The notes beneath the pieces were generated by a model, which worked only from the letters and a program-made list of their open reading frames with translations, was not told where the DNA came from and did not search any database. A stretch of DNA of 63,976 nucleotides, filler included, from Octopus bimaculoides (lineage: Eukaryota): NCBI RefSeq assembly GCF_001194135.2. It is 6 parts of 5 records of this genome, joined end to end, with 100 filler letters (N's around TTAATTAATTAA, not from the genome) between each part and the next. Parts side by side here need not be neighbours in the genome. Positions count along the whole stretch, not along the records: positions 1 to 21,713 come from NC_068983.1; positions 21,814 to 25,831 come from NC_069005.1; 4 more parts are not named here. One strand, 5' to 3'. Below, in pieces: positions 11,767 through 23,336 of this stretch. A program made the position numbers and the translations under genes. Position 1 is the first letter of the stretch. Each line of letters starts with the position of its first letter.

Positions 11767-13241
11767 GTAAGTGTGCATTTTCGTTTTCAAGTTTTATTTT
11801 TATTGTTTATTTATTTTAATCTTTGTTATGGTTGTTCTTGATAAAGCACCAAACTACTGATGGCATAGTTATTAGTTTGACTCTGCTACAACCACTTGAT
11901 TGACTAATTAGCAGTCTTTTGTTAATGAATGGTTAATAGCAGGAAAGGCAAACTCCAATAATGTGCAGTAATCCAAAATTGAAAAAACAAGCACATTCTG
12001 ATCTTGTTTACTAAAGAAGAAAGTAATTTGTTAAAAGAAGGGAGAATGATAGTATGGAAGATATGAAGTTAATATTTAGTTCTATGAAGTAAACATTTTC
12101 CTGAATTCTCATTTTAATCTATAAGTTGTTTGTAATACTGGAAAAATTTATTCATTTTAGCAACTGTGTTAACTAATGGGAGAATGTATAGATTAGCATA
12201 TGTTTGTTGTTGGTGCCTTTTGCTTTTAGTCATCATCATTATCTATCCATCTTCCATTTCATGAGGAATTGCTACACGCAGCTTTGATAATAATTGTCTG
12301 TGTGATTAAGTTCACATTCTAACTACATAGTTTCAGGTTCACTTTGATTGTTTCAGGTTCACTTTGAATGAACATTATCAGCATCAAGTTGTGTCCTTTT
12401 GTTTCCAATAATATGTGGAAACCTATCTGGCCATGGAGTAACATTATCTTGCTTGGAAACAGGTGAGGTTTAGTGACATGATGAAGGGAATCTGGCCATA
12501 GATAAATCTGCTGTAATGAATTACGTCTGACCCATCCAAGCATGGAAAAATGGGCAGTAAAAATGATGATGATGGAATAGAGGCTTTTTTTCTCTCAAAT
12601 GTACTTTCAATTAAAGAAAGAAACATTTCATGAAAGGGTTAGTTTAAAAGTATGTTGTATCACGTGAGCTAAAATAACAAAAAAAATCATTCCTTGTAAA
12701 CTTTGCATTCAAAACAATTTACATGTTAAAAGGTCAATTTTGTCAACTATTTCTTCTAAAATTTCTGATCTTGTTCCAGAAATATTAGAAATTGTTGGTA
12801 GAATCATTAGAGCATCAAACAGAATGTCTTGCTGCTATATTTACTTCTGTTGATGTCAACTTCACCTTTCATCCTTTTTTGGGTTGAGGAAATGAAGCAA
12901 CAGCCAAATACTGGAGTTGGTATAATCAATNNNNNNNNNNAAAATTTCTGACTTTGTGCCTATATGGGAAATTATTAAAAAGATTACCTAATTGATAGTT
13001 GTTAGTGTGTTGGATACAATACCTTGCAGTTCTGGCTCTCTGAGAGTGGAGTTCATTCAGATCCTGCTGAGATCAACTTGGCCTCCCATCTTTCCAGAAG
13101 TAGTAAAATAAAGTACAAGTCCTGTATTGGAGTTGATTTAGTCGACTAACCCCCTTTCCTGCTTTTCAGGTTTTGTGCCTATGTTACAAACAATTATTAT
13201 TCTGTAGCAAATAAATTATTATTATTATTATATTTTTGAAG

Positions 13242-13383
13242 GATGATGATTGTGAAGAAGGTGAAATACGTGAACCCGGGAGCAAGAAACCATTCCAAAA
13301 GCCACTTTGTCGATTCTTTTCTAAAGGTCACTGTACATGGGGTGCTTCCTGTAGATTTTTACATCCAGGAGTCAATGATAAAG
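13242..13383 (+). CDS. ZC3H18: ZC3H18 coding exon 3, CCCH zinc finger
   Basis: DDDCEEGEIREPGSKKPFQKPLCRFFSKGHCTWGASCRFLHPGVNDK(G): C-x7-C-x5-C-x3-H finger, closely matching recalled human ZC3H18 'CRFFMKGNCTWGMNCRFIHPGVNDKG'. AG/GT ends, 142 nt. Confidence 0.95.
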
Positions 13384-13654
13384 GTTATATATACTTTATT
13401 TATCTTTAATGTAAATCCCTTTATAAAAAAAAAATCATTAATATTACTAGTAAGAAGAAGGGATAAAAAGCATGAGTGTTTTGACATTTGTAACTCTTGT
13501 GAAAATAATCAAAGTGAATCTTTTATTTGATGAGAATGAGCTAAAACAGCAAATAATAATGTAATAGGATGAGTCATTTGAACTCAACTGTTGAAGGCCA
13601 GTTGGAGGAATACAATACAAATAATATAAATTTGTCAATGAGTTTGCCTATGAT

Positions 13655-13805
13655 GTGAAGGCATGTAGCCTAGTGGTTAGGGTGTTGGGTCACAATTGCA
13701 AGGTTGTGGCTTTGATTTCCAGACCAGGCAGTTGAATTCTTGGTATTTCATTTTCATGCTGCTCCAGTTCGCTTGGCCTAAAATGAGTACTGGTAACAGG
13801 TGAGG
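13655..13805 (+). mobile_element. Second tRNA-headed SINE family (degraded)
   Basis: Head GGCATGTAGCCTAGTGGTTAGGGTGTTGGG...GGTTGTGGCTTTGATTTCC with A/B-box-like motifs; similar heads near 20765 and 34272. Confidence 0.55.
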
Positions 13806-14239
13806 GTTAACTCTGCAACAGACAGCCTCCTCTTTCAAGATAAACTCCAGCCTAAAGAGCCTAAGACCATTCATAATGAAAAGCTGTATCCCCAGTGCTA
13901 GGCCATATTAAAAAATAATGCTAATCTGTGCAAGCAATCATTGAAGCTCTGAATATTTCAGATTGCAGTTAGTACTTGGGTGCAGACATGGTCGTGTGGT
14001 TAAGAATTCATTTCATAACTCTCTGGCTTCAGGCTCGATTGCACTACATGGAACATTGGGCAAGTGTTTTCTTGCACACCCTCAGGTTGTGAGTGGAATT
14101 TGGTAAATGGAAGCTATAGAAGCTCATTGGAGGGACTGTTCTTGTATGGTAAACTTTAATCCACACCTCAGATTAACATTCACACCTGGCCCTTAGGCAT
14201 CTTTAATGGAGCTCCGTAGTGTTGTGAGAATTCTGGCTA

Positions 14240-14772
14240 TTATCATCGTTTAACGTCCGCTTTCCATGTTAGCATGGGTTGGACGATTTGACTGAGGACT
14301 GGTGAAACCAGATGGCTACACCAGGCTCCAATCTGATTTGGCAGAGTTTCTACAGCTGGATACCCTTCCTAACGCCAACCACTCAGAGAGTGTAGTGGGT
14401 GCTTTTACATGCCACCCGCACGAAGGCCAGTCAGGCAGTACTGCACCCGTACAAGAGCCAGTCCAGGGGCACTGGCAACGATCTTGNNNNNNNNNNATCT
14501 GATTTGGCAGAGTTTCTACAGCTGGATACCCTTCCTAACGCCAACCACTCAGAGAGTGTAGTGGGTGCTTTTACATGCCACCCGCACGAAGGCCAGTCAG
14601 GCAGTACTGCACCCGTACAAGAGCCAGTCCAGGGGCACTGGCAACGATCTTGCTCGAAAATCCTTGCACATGTCACGGGCACAAGTGCCAGAAAGGCGAC
14701 GCTGGGCACAGGTGCTATTCCGATTTCGCTTTCGCTTGCCCCAAAAAGTCTTCGCAAGCTGAGTTACGTGTC
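14240..14772 (-). mobile_element. RTE-clade LINE 3' UTR fragment
   Basis: Same tail and modules as other copies. The block 14328-14486 is repeated across a 10-N gap, probably an assembly overlap. Confidence 0.85.
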
Positions 14773-14780
14773 TGCTATAA

Positions 14781-14988
14781 CCCTTTAGCCTTCAGATTCT
14801 GTCAAATGTAATGCTTATTTATTTACATTACTTTGCATTATCTCGTGTATCTTTGAGATCTTGAAGGTATAATTGTATATATTTGGACAGATATTGTAGG
14901 ATAGGTGTGAGTAGCCAAATCTAGCTGGTTTGAACATTAAACAGGTAGAATATTTGGGCTTGGTATAATTGGTTTAAATGCTAAAGGG
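14781..14988 (-). mobile_element. piggyBac-type MITE, reverse copy
   Basis: ATAA-CCCTTTAGCC ... AAATGCTAAAGGG-TTAA; interior is the reverse complement of 6661-6870. Confidence 0.75.
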
Positions 14989-15788
14989 TTAAAGATAGCT
15001 TTTTCTTCCTTTCCCTTTCAAGTTTGGGAGGTCCTGGAAAGGATTATCAATTGTTGCCTTTCCTCCTGACCAAGCAATGAGACAAAATTTTAAGGAAAGA
15101 AGAGAGAAGAACATAGTAGTTTGTTGTTTAGACCTTAGCTATCCTGATTGAACTGACTTATAATCAAAGGTGTTCTGTCTTTTTTCGTTGTCAGACAGTA
15201 TGTATGTATGTCAGCATTATCTTTTGTGTCATTCTTTTTATAAGACAATAGGTTGTAGTTTGAGAGAGATATAGCACTGAGTGACCCCATAAAAATTCTT
15301 ATGGCTTGAAAAAGTGAAATCTTTATCACTACTGTGGCTATGATGAGTAGATGTTCTGGTTTTACTGATGACTAAAAGTCCTCCTGTGAGTAGACAAAAA
15401 AAAAATAGTTGTGTACTGTGGACAAGGTGTGGTTTCTGACCTTTTTAGGGCAAGACTGTTCTTGAGATAATAATAATAAGAAGAAGACGACTTGATAGCA
15501 ATATATATTATAGCCATTCAACAAACTTCTGCAATGAAGTGACACCTGAAACATGAATACACCACTCCTTACTGCATATAGATCTGTTTGTCTTGAAATT
15601 TTTTTTGCTATTTTGCTGATGCAGACTCTAGTTTCCTTAAATTCTAGTTTTTACTTCATTGAGAGAGATGAAGAAAAAAAGAAACCCGACCTATGTTTGC
15701 TTATTTTTCCCATTTCACTTAGTGAAATTTGAACCAAATGTTCCAATCAAGTTTTTAAATAGTCCCCTCAATTAAATTCTCTTTAAAG

Positions 15789-15898
15789 GCAATTATCGGC
15801 TAATTGAGCGTCCTGGTTTCAACAATGGATTTGGAATGACCACCACTATAAGAGGAAGGAGGCCACCTTTTGGAGCTGCTGCACCATGGGTACCTGAT
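15789..15898 (+). CDS. ZC3H18: ZC3H18 coding exon 4
   Basis: (G)NYRLIERPGFNNGFGMTTTIRGRRPPFGAAAPWVPD; recalled human 'GNYSLI...NPW'. Phase 1 start matches exon 3; GTAAGT donor. Confidence 0.9.
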
Positions 15899-16596
15899 GT
15901 AAGTGATTTTAGTATTTTTTGCTTTAAGATTGTCAAGTGAATATCCAGCCATTATGTTTAAGCAATATAGTTGACTTTCTTCTGTATGAAAAATGTTATA
16001 TTTCACAAAACTTTTGTTCTGGTACTGATTTGTTATATTTTTGTTTAGAAATTATGTCTTGTGAAAAAAAAAAAAAAGATAAGAGTTTTTCTTTTTTGTA
16101 TTTGTATTCTGATAGGAACAGATATAATTTTGTAATACTTTGTAAAATTGTGTTTGTTATAGAGATATATAGAGATTTCCCCATAGACTGATTCAGCATT
16201 AATTAACTGAAATGTTCTTATCCTGTTTTCAATGCCTGGAAAACAAATAATTTAAGAGTTAGAAATGGATATTTTCATAAATTCAAAGATGTTAATTAAG
16301 ATGTATAAGAAATGGCAATTAAAAAATCTCAGAACAAGATAATGCATGATTAATTCAAAACAGGTGACAGAGTGATTTGAATGCTAAAAGGTTAAGGCTG
16401 AAAAAATTAATTATGTAGATATCTAAATTTATAGAAAAATTAACATTTGTTCTTCTAACTGGGGAAAAATGTCAACTAAATGTGTAAACTGAGAATAGAA
16501 GCATATGAAGAATCTTGTGTACATGTTTCTTATTGTTACTTTCTGTATTGTTACTTTCTGTATTAAGAAATCATTTGTAATTTCAATATTTTGTAG

Positions 16597-16683
16597 GTTC
16601 CACTTATACCAGATATACCACCTCCAAGAGAAGAGCCTCCTGCTGAAACTGCATGGGAAAGAGGTCTTCGCTATGCAAAAGAG
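16597..16683 (+). CDS. ZC3H18: ZC3H18 coding exon 5
   Basis: VPLIPDIPPPREEPPAETAWERGLRYAKE versus recalled human 'PPPPPEPPTESAWERGLRHAKE'. TTGTAG acceptor, GT donor, 87 nt. Confidence 0.95.
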
Positions 16684-16723
16684 GTTTGTCAGTGTTTTTA
16701 TTTTGAAATGGCTTTCTAAGAGA

Positions 16724-17312
16724 ATCATCATCATTTAACGTCCGTTTTCCATGCTGGCATGGGTTGGACAGTTTGACTGGGGTCTGGGAAACCAGGAGGG
16801 TGCACCAGGCTCCAGTTTGATCTGGCAGTGTTTCTACAGTTGGATGCCCTTCCTAATGCCAACCATTCTGAGAGTGTAGTGGGTGCTTTTTATGTGCCAC
16901 TGGCACAGAGGCCAGTCAAGGTGGCGCTGGCATCGGCCANNNNNNNNNNGCTGGCAACGACCATGATCGGTCAGTGCTTTTTATGTGCCACTGGCACAGA
17001 GGCCAGTCAAGGTGGCGCTGGCATCGGCCACATTCAGATAGTGCTTCTTACGTGCCACTGGCATGGGAATTACAACTACAATTTCATTTGATTTTGGTTT
17101 TGATGTACTTGATTCAATAGGTCTCTTCAAGCACGGCATGTCGCTCTATGACTATGATCCAAGGTACTTTTGAGTGGGCCGGTTATGCGACACTGGTGTA
17201 GATTACAGCTGTGAACTCACTTTATTTGCCGGGTCTTCTCAGTCACAGCATATCTCCAGAGGTCTCGGTCTTTTGTCATTACCTCTGTGAGGCCCAACAT
17301 TCGAAGGTCATG
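16724..17312 (-). mobile_element. RTE-clade LINE 3' portion, different 3' UTR subfamily
   Basis: Minus strand HDLRMLGLTEVMTKDRDLWRYAVTEKTRQIK* (17312-17220), then a 3' UTR that differs from 3528-3660, then the shared terminal 150 bp. Confidence 0.85.
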
Positions 17313-17579
17313 TGCAGTTAAGTAATATTACAATCATGAAATTAGCATTTACAATTGAAATAGAGTTTTTAAAGTTATCTTCACTTAAAAAAGCCACATT
17401 TCTTCATTATCTTTTTTTCGTATTTTAAATATTAGAAACTTAATTTTATGTTCCACATGACAAGATATGCAAGATGACATGGTTTATGTTTTTTTTTTAT
17501 AAGAATGCTGTATAAATGTCTAGAGTATACTTTGCTTTTTACAGTTTGATGTTAATGGTTGCATTATTTTAAAATTTAG

Positions 17580-17722
17580 TTGATGAAGAAAGCTATTCAG
17601 AGAAAAGAGCAAGAAACTAACTTTGAAGAAAAACGCTTAAACCTTGGCTTAGAGGAAGAGAGGGAACAGAATAAAGAAAATGAACAGAAACGTATTATGA
17701 AAGATCCTTACTATGATTTGGA
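17580..17722 (+). CDS. ZC3H18: ZC3H18 coding exon 6
   Basis: LMKKAIQRKEQETNFEEKRLNLGLEEEREQNKENEQKRIMKDPYYDL(E); recalled human 'VLKKATIRKEQEPDFEEKRF...DKENE...DPYYD'. GA|GTAAGT donor, phase 2. Confidence 0.95.
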
Positions 17723-19354
17723 GTAAGTTACATGTTTATTGTGTTCATTTGTTTGTTTTGTAGTCAATAGATCTCATGTGGATGGGTGTCATGTTTAAAT
17801 ATTTCCTTCTTCGTGCACATATTTAATAGATGATGGTTATTGCTGCTACTGTTTAGTTTTGGATAGCTCGGGTCAAGTAAACTTACTGATAAGTGGCATT
17901 TCAGCTATGACTATTCCGTCTTTTAATATATATGAAAGACTACACCTTGGATACGTAATCAAAGTATCACAAATAGATTTTGTGTAAAAGGAACTAAAAT
18001 TCAGCATTGTTAGCCAGTGTATTGACATGTTAATTTCCTAATGCTGCTTACAGCGATGAGCTGCAGTATCTACTTAAATGTAAATGAACTTAGTTATTTA
18101 CCCTATGCCTCAGCACTGGTGATTGGACATATAGTGTTCCTGATCTTTCAGCTTAACAATCATTTTGTTCATTCTTCTTTTGAAATTTGTATTTTATACA
18201 AAGTTTATTTTTGTGGTGTGCAACAATTTGTGCCTGTGTTTAAACATACTACAATCTTCATAGATGTGTGTGTGTTAAATATTCACAGTAACACAGAAAT
18301 AATGATAATATCACTTCAAGTTGACTGGTGAGCTAAGTTATATGCCAACAATACTCATTCGATATTATCCATATTTTCCATTATTTTGTTTCTTAGTCAT
18401 TTATAATCACAATAGTTCGTCATACGTTCATAATGCTCCCTCCCCTTTTTCATATCTTAATTGATTATTATTCCCACCTAGAAAAGCTGTAGCTTATAAA
18501 GTAAGGATAAAAGGAACCGATCTGAGACAACAATCTCTAAAAGAATAAATAACCTCGACCTGAATGGAAGTAAGATGGGAAGATTTCTCCTAATTTAGTG
18601 CTGAATGGGGACACAATAAATCCATTCAGAATGCATTTTTCATGGCACTTCAAATGAATCTCATGTGATGACAGCTCTCAGTGTATAGAAACAGTTTCTT
18701 CAGTGTTAAAATTCTCATATTAAACAACAGTGAAAGAGAGAGAGAGAGACAATTATACTTTTGACCATCTGTGTCAAAACTGCTGACATATGTTGACAGT
18801 GTTAGTACTGTCCATAGTTTGTGCTGGGTGATTCTTTATTGTAGACCTAGCAAACTATAAGCATTATACATTATGTGACATGTGTTTGTCAGTAGGCTAT
18901 GATTTGGCATGGTGGAGATTACTTCCTCAAAGCACCAGGTGTTAAAACACCTGAAGGTCAAGCACAGGTGAGATCTCTTACCCTAGATCCCATTCAGGAG
19001 CGATGGACATCAATGTTTCACCATTTTTGTGGCTTATCAACATCATGTACCTAAACTGAATTGGAAGTAAATCATACCGCTTGTCCACAACTTATATACA
19101 CATAGTGTAAAAACTATGGGCTGGTATTCCCCGACAATGCATACATAAGAATAAATTCAAATATGAAGTAGAAGCAGTGCTAGTGTAATAAATATTATTG
19201 AGCATACCTACTTAATGTATACGGTTTGTGTGTTTGCCTGTAGGCTGTGATTTGGTGTAGTTGAGATTACTCTCTCAAAGTGCCACCTGAAAGTCATGGA
19301 CAGGTGAGACAACTCACCCCCAGATCCCATTCAGGATCAGTGAACATTGGTGTC

Positions 19355-19542
19355 TAATGTAATGCTTATTTATTCACATTGTTTTGAATTAATCATGCAT
19401 TATCTCATAGCGTTGAGATTTTAATATGATTGTTTTTTAGAGTGATATTTTAGGGTGGGTGCAAGAGGCTGGATCTGGCCTGTTTGAACATAAAACTGGT
19501 TGTATATTTGGGTTCGATATGGCCGGTGTAAATACTAAAAGG
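19355..19542 (-). mobile_element. piggyBac-type MITE, partial copy
   Basis: Aligns by eye to 14800-14988 and ends AAATACTAAAAGG-TTAG. Another partial copy lies at about 16320-16391. Confidence 0.65.
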
Positions 19543-19628
19543 TTAGGGTGCATATGGTAGTATGGGTCAATATTGTGCAAGAAAAATCACTGGAGATAAT
19601 TTAGTTTGTTGTACTTTTCTTGATGCAG

Positions 19629-19743
19629 AGATGAAGATGATTATTATAAGACACATGTACATGGCTGGCAAACAGGACAGTATGAAAACTTTGAAGTTCG
19701 CTGGACAAGAGAACCTGATCATATCAACAGTGCATATCATGGG
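19629..19743 (+). CDS. ZC3H18: ZC3H18 coding exon 7
   Basis: DEDDYYKTHVHGWQTGQYENFEVRWTREPDHINSAYHG; recalled human 'WRGGQYENFRVQYTETEP'. Phase 2 start matches exon 6; GTAGGT donor. Confidence 0.93.
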
Positions 19744-19879
19744 GTAGGTTAATAATCTTAATGATCCACATATCAAGCTTAACTTTTGAAATGTTCATTT
19801 CTATGATTTCTCTTCTTTGATTTTTTTTTTTTTTGTTGAATACTAATGCCATTGGTGTTTTCTTGTTCTCTTTAAACAG

Positions 19880-20037
19880 AGTAGAGAACGGGAAAGAGAG
19901 CGCCATCCTGCTCTTCTCCCCACCAGGGAAGTACAGCGACAACCATATGGCTCACCAGTGGAGCGATTAGATCGTATGGATAGATTAGACAGAGTGGAAA
20001 GAATTGAACGCATGGACAGAATGGAAAGAATTGAGAG
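19880..20037 (+). CDS. ZC3H18: ZC3H18 coding exon 8 (start of the R/E-rich region; last exon visible)
   Basis: SRERERERHPALLPTREVQRQPYGSPVERLDRMDRLDRVERIERMDRMERIE(R). TTTAAACAG acceptor after a 136-nt intron, AG|GTATGT donor. Confidence 0.88.
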
Positions 20038-20080
20038 GTATGTCATTAGAATTAACTTCAACTTGATAATTATGAAGATT

Positions 20081-20590
20081 CATCATCATCGTTTAACATC
20101 CGCTTTCCATGCTAGCATGGGTTGGACAATTTGACTGAGGACTGGTGAACGAGATGGCTACACCAGGCTCCAATCTGATTTGGCAGAGCTTCTACAGCTG
20201 GATGCCCTTCCTAACGCCAACCACTCAGAGAGTGTAGTGGGTGCTTTTACGTGCCACCGGCACAAGGAGCAGTCAGGAGGTACTGACTACAGCCACGCTT
20301 GAAATGGTGTATTTTACGTGCTACCTGCACAGGAGCCAGTCCAGCGGCACTGGCAACGACCTTGCTCGAATGTCTTTTCACGTGCCACTGGCACAAGTGC
20401 CAGGAAGGCAACGTTGGTAACGATCACGCTCAAATGGTGCTATTTACGTGCCACCAGCACGGAAGCTAGACAGCTGGTGCTCTGGCAACGATCACGCTTG
20501 GATGGTGCTCTTAGTGATCTGCTGGTACAGGTGCCATCACGATTTCGCTTTCGCTTGCTCCAACAGGTCTTCGCAAGCCGAGTTTAGTGT
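20081..20590 (-). mobile_element. RTE-clade LINE 3' UTR fragment
   Basis: Shared CATCATCATCGTTTAAC tail and repeated GTGCCAC..GGCAC / GGCAACGATCACGCT modules. Confidence 0.85.
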
Positions 20591-21713
20591 TCAGATCGTT
20601 GTTTTTAATTTCTACAAAAAGGGAAAGACTGAGTCATCAGATCAGTTTATACTTTTATTCTTTTACTTGTTTCAGTCATTGAACTGAAGTCATCATAGGG
20701 TACCACCTTGAAGAGTTTAGACAGACAATTGACCCCAGTACTTAGTTTTGAGTCTGGTACTAGTTCTGTGGCCTAGTGGTTAGGGCATTGCACTTATGAT
20801 CAGTAGATCATAGATTCAACATTTGACATACTTGTTCGCCTGTACAGACAATGTTGATTTGATGGAGAGAGCTTATGTAAACACAAACATTTGATCATTT
20901 TAAACCAATCATCTGTGTGGTTGTTTAGCAAGAAATTGTGGAACTCTCATCCATCATCTAACAATGGGAGAGTCTGTAATATATACTAGCAGAAAGACCA
21001 CTCTCTGTTCAGTTTTCTGCCAGCTACTTGATAATATTTTCACATTTGATTCCCAATTCTAATAATTTTTATATTTTACATCTAATTAATTCTTTGTATA
21101 ATAATGCTCACTTGCTTAGTAAATATTGTTTTTCATTATTTTATCACAGTCATAATCTCTCATTTTTAAACAAACAACTACGGAGGGGGAAGCAGTTTGT
21201 CAAGTTTTATCTTGCCTCAAAGCAATATAGAGATTTCAATACAGCAGCCCATCTGTAAGCTTTGCAGTGTGTGTGTGTGTGTGGGAGAGAGAGAGAGAGA
21301 AAGAGAGAGAACATTGCAAATAATGAATGAAATAAACATGAAATGAAAAAACTATAGATAAAAGGGCAAAACTACAGATGTGTATGCCCCTGACTCTGTT
21401 GCCTTATAACATCTAGAAAAATGGATACTTTTTTAACGAAATTTTCTACAAATACTGCTTAGATGTGGCTTCAGAGTATATAGAGATTTATGGAAAAGAA
21501 GATTTACGAGGGGGCGGGGAGAGGAGTTTTGAAAAATTCACACAATCCGACTTTTTCCCTTCATAACTTCCAGGAAAATGGGCATCTTTTGATGAAAGTT
21601 TATACAAATACCTTTCAAACAGCATAGATTACGATTATAAAGTCATTTGTGAGGAAAATTTTTTCCAAGGGAGTGGGGAGAGGAGTTTTGGTAAAACAGA
21701 ATTTCGGTAAAAT

Positions 21714-21813
21714 NNNNNNNNNNNNNNNNNNNNNNNNNNNNNNNNNNNNNNNNNNNNTTAATTAATTAANNNNNNNNNNNNNNNNNNNNNNNNNNNNNNN
21801 NNNNNNNNNNNNN
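21714..21813. other. Artificial scaffold join (44 N + TTAATTAATTAA + 44 N)
   Basis: The same 100-bp construct occurs at 21714-21813, 25832-25931, 42866-42965, 54270-54369 and 62641-62740. The 12-mer is palindromic and has stops in all six frames. Confidence 0.95.
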
Positions 21814-21866
21814 TTTTTTTTTTTTTTTTTTTTTTGTTATCTGTAAATTCCAAATTTTTCTCTCAG

Positions 21867-22005
21867 AATATATTCCTTGGTGAGGATATCAGAAAACAAT
21901 TACCAAGAGAATCAGAAGACTTCGATGACATCAACAACAAGTGGAAGGCTATTATGATACGAATAAACAAGGAGAGGAATGCTTTAAAAGCGACCCTCCA
22001 TCCTG
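21867..22005 (+). CDS. DNAH2: Axonemal dynein heavy chain 2, internal exon (linker region)
   Basis: NIFLGEDIRKQLPRESEDFDDINNKWKAIMIRINKERNALKATLHP(G); recalled human DNAH2 'NIFLGEDIRKQLPNESTLFDQVNSNWKAIMDRMNKDNNALRSTHHPG'. TCTCAG acceptor, GT donor, 139 nt. Confidence 0.93.
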
Positions 22006-22069
22006 GTAATATCTAAATACATTCTTGCATAAATTATTGTCTTCTTACCATTTTCGCTTAATGTTTGTT

Positions 22070-23050
22070 GTGACTGTTGATTAATGATTGAATAACTAGT
22101 CATCTCTGGTTATATTTACTGCCATGGTGTGATTAATTCTTGAGCAAACTGTTCCTGGTTATATTTACCATCATGTTGTGATTAATGATTGAATAAATCA
22201 GCCATCTCTGTTAATATTTACAACCACAATGTGATTAATGATTGAGTAACGAGTCATCTCTGGTTATATTTACTGCCATGGTGTGATTAATTCGTGAGTA
22301 AACTGTTCCTGGTTATATTTACCATCATGTTGTGATTAATGATTGAATAAACCAGCCATCTCTGTTAATATTTACAACCACAGNNNNNNNNNNNNNNNNN
22401 NNNNNNNNNNNNNNNNNNNNNNNNNNNNNNNNNNNNNNNNNNNNNNNNNNNNNNNNNNNNNNNNNNNNNNNNNNNNNNNNNNNNNNNNNNNNNNNNNNNN
22501 NNNNNNNNNNNNNNNNNNNNNNNNNNNNNNNNNNNNNNNNNNNNNNNNNNNNNNNNNNNNNNNNNNNNNNNNNNNNNNNNNNNNNNNNNNNNNNNNNNNN
22601 NNNNNNNNNNNNNNNNNNNNNNNNNNNNNNNNNNNNNNNNNNNNNNNNNNNNNNNNNNNNNNNNNNNNNNNNNNNNNNNNNNNNNNNNNNNNNNNNNNNN
22701 NNNNNNNNNNNNNNNNNNNNNNNNNNNNNNATATTTACTGCCATGGTGTGATTAATTCGTGAGTAAACTGTTCCTGGTTATATTTACCATCATGTTGTGA
22801 TTAATGATTGAATAAACCAGCCATCTCTGTTAATATTTACAACCACAATGTGATTAATGATTGAGTAACGAGTCATCTCTGGTTATATTTACTGCCATGG
22901 TGTGATTAATTCGTGAGTAAACTGTTCCTGGTTATATTTACCATCATGTTGTGATTAATGATTGAATAAACCAGCCATCTCTGTTAATATTTACAACCAC
23001 AGTGTGATTAATGATTGAGTAACAAGTCATCTTTATTTATATTTACCACC
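22070..23050. repeat. Tandem minisatellite with a 154-bp higher-order unit (52+49+53 bp monomers)
   Basis: All monomers start GTGATTAAT. B-type monomers at 22129, 22283, 22748 and 22902 give a 154-bp period on both sides of the gap. Confidence 0.9.
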
Positions 23051-23336
23051 ATGGTTTCTAATTTTGGGACACATACACACAAATGCACAATACACATATA
23101 GAAACACACATGCACAATGCATACATATATACATACAAACACACACACATACACACGTGTTGCTTGAGGCAGATCCAGCTGGTTTCTTTGAATGTTTCGT
23201 AGCCCAGGCTGAGTGTTGGATTGATCACTTTGCGCTAGAGACAATCCATGTAGTGGAAACATCCCTCCTCATCTGCTTCAAAGAAAGCCAAGGTTGTTTC
23301 ACCTGCAGGTTGTTTCACCTGCGACCTTTGGTTATA

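Noticed and set aside
14328-14650. Tandem duplication inside an RTE copy
   Set aside because: Essentially identical blocks on both sides of a 10-N gap are typical of unmerged contig overlap. The same applies near 16880-17030 and 62930-63020.
18880-19350. Two 130-bp diverged copies in a ZC3H18 intron as possible snoRNAs
   Set aside because: No C/D or H/ACA boxes in the expected positions; more likely decayed repeat fragments. The first copy has a small CAGGTGTT-AA-AACACCTG hairpin insertion.
21758-21769. TTAATTAATTAA as a biological motif or piggyBac site
   Set aside because: It is always centred in exactly 44+44 N, five times; it is an assembly linker.
20037-21867. ZC3H18-DNAH2 fusion gene
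   Set aside because: An artificial join lies between them and the phases do not match (ZC3H18 exon ends in phase 2, DNAH2 exon starts in phase 0).
22070-23050. CRISPR-like array
   Set aside because: The sequence between the repeated cores is itself repeated, there are no unique spacers, no cas genes, and the context is a eukaryotic intron.
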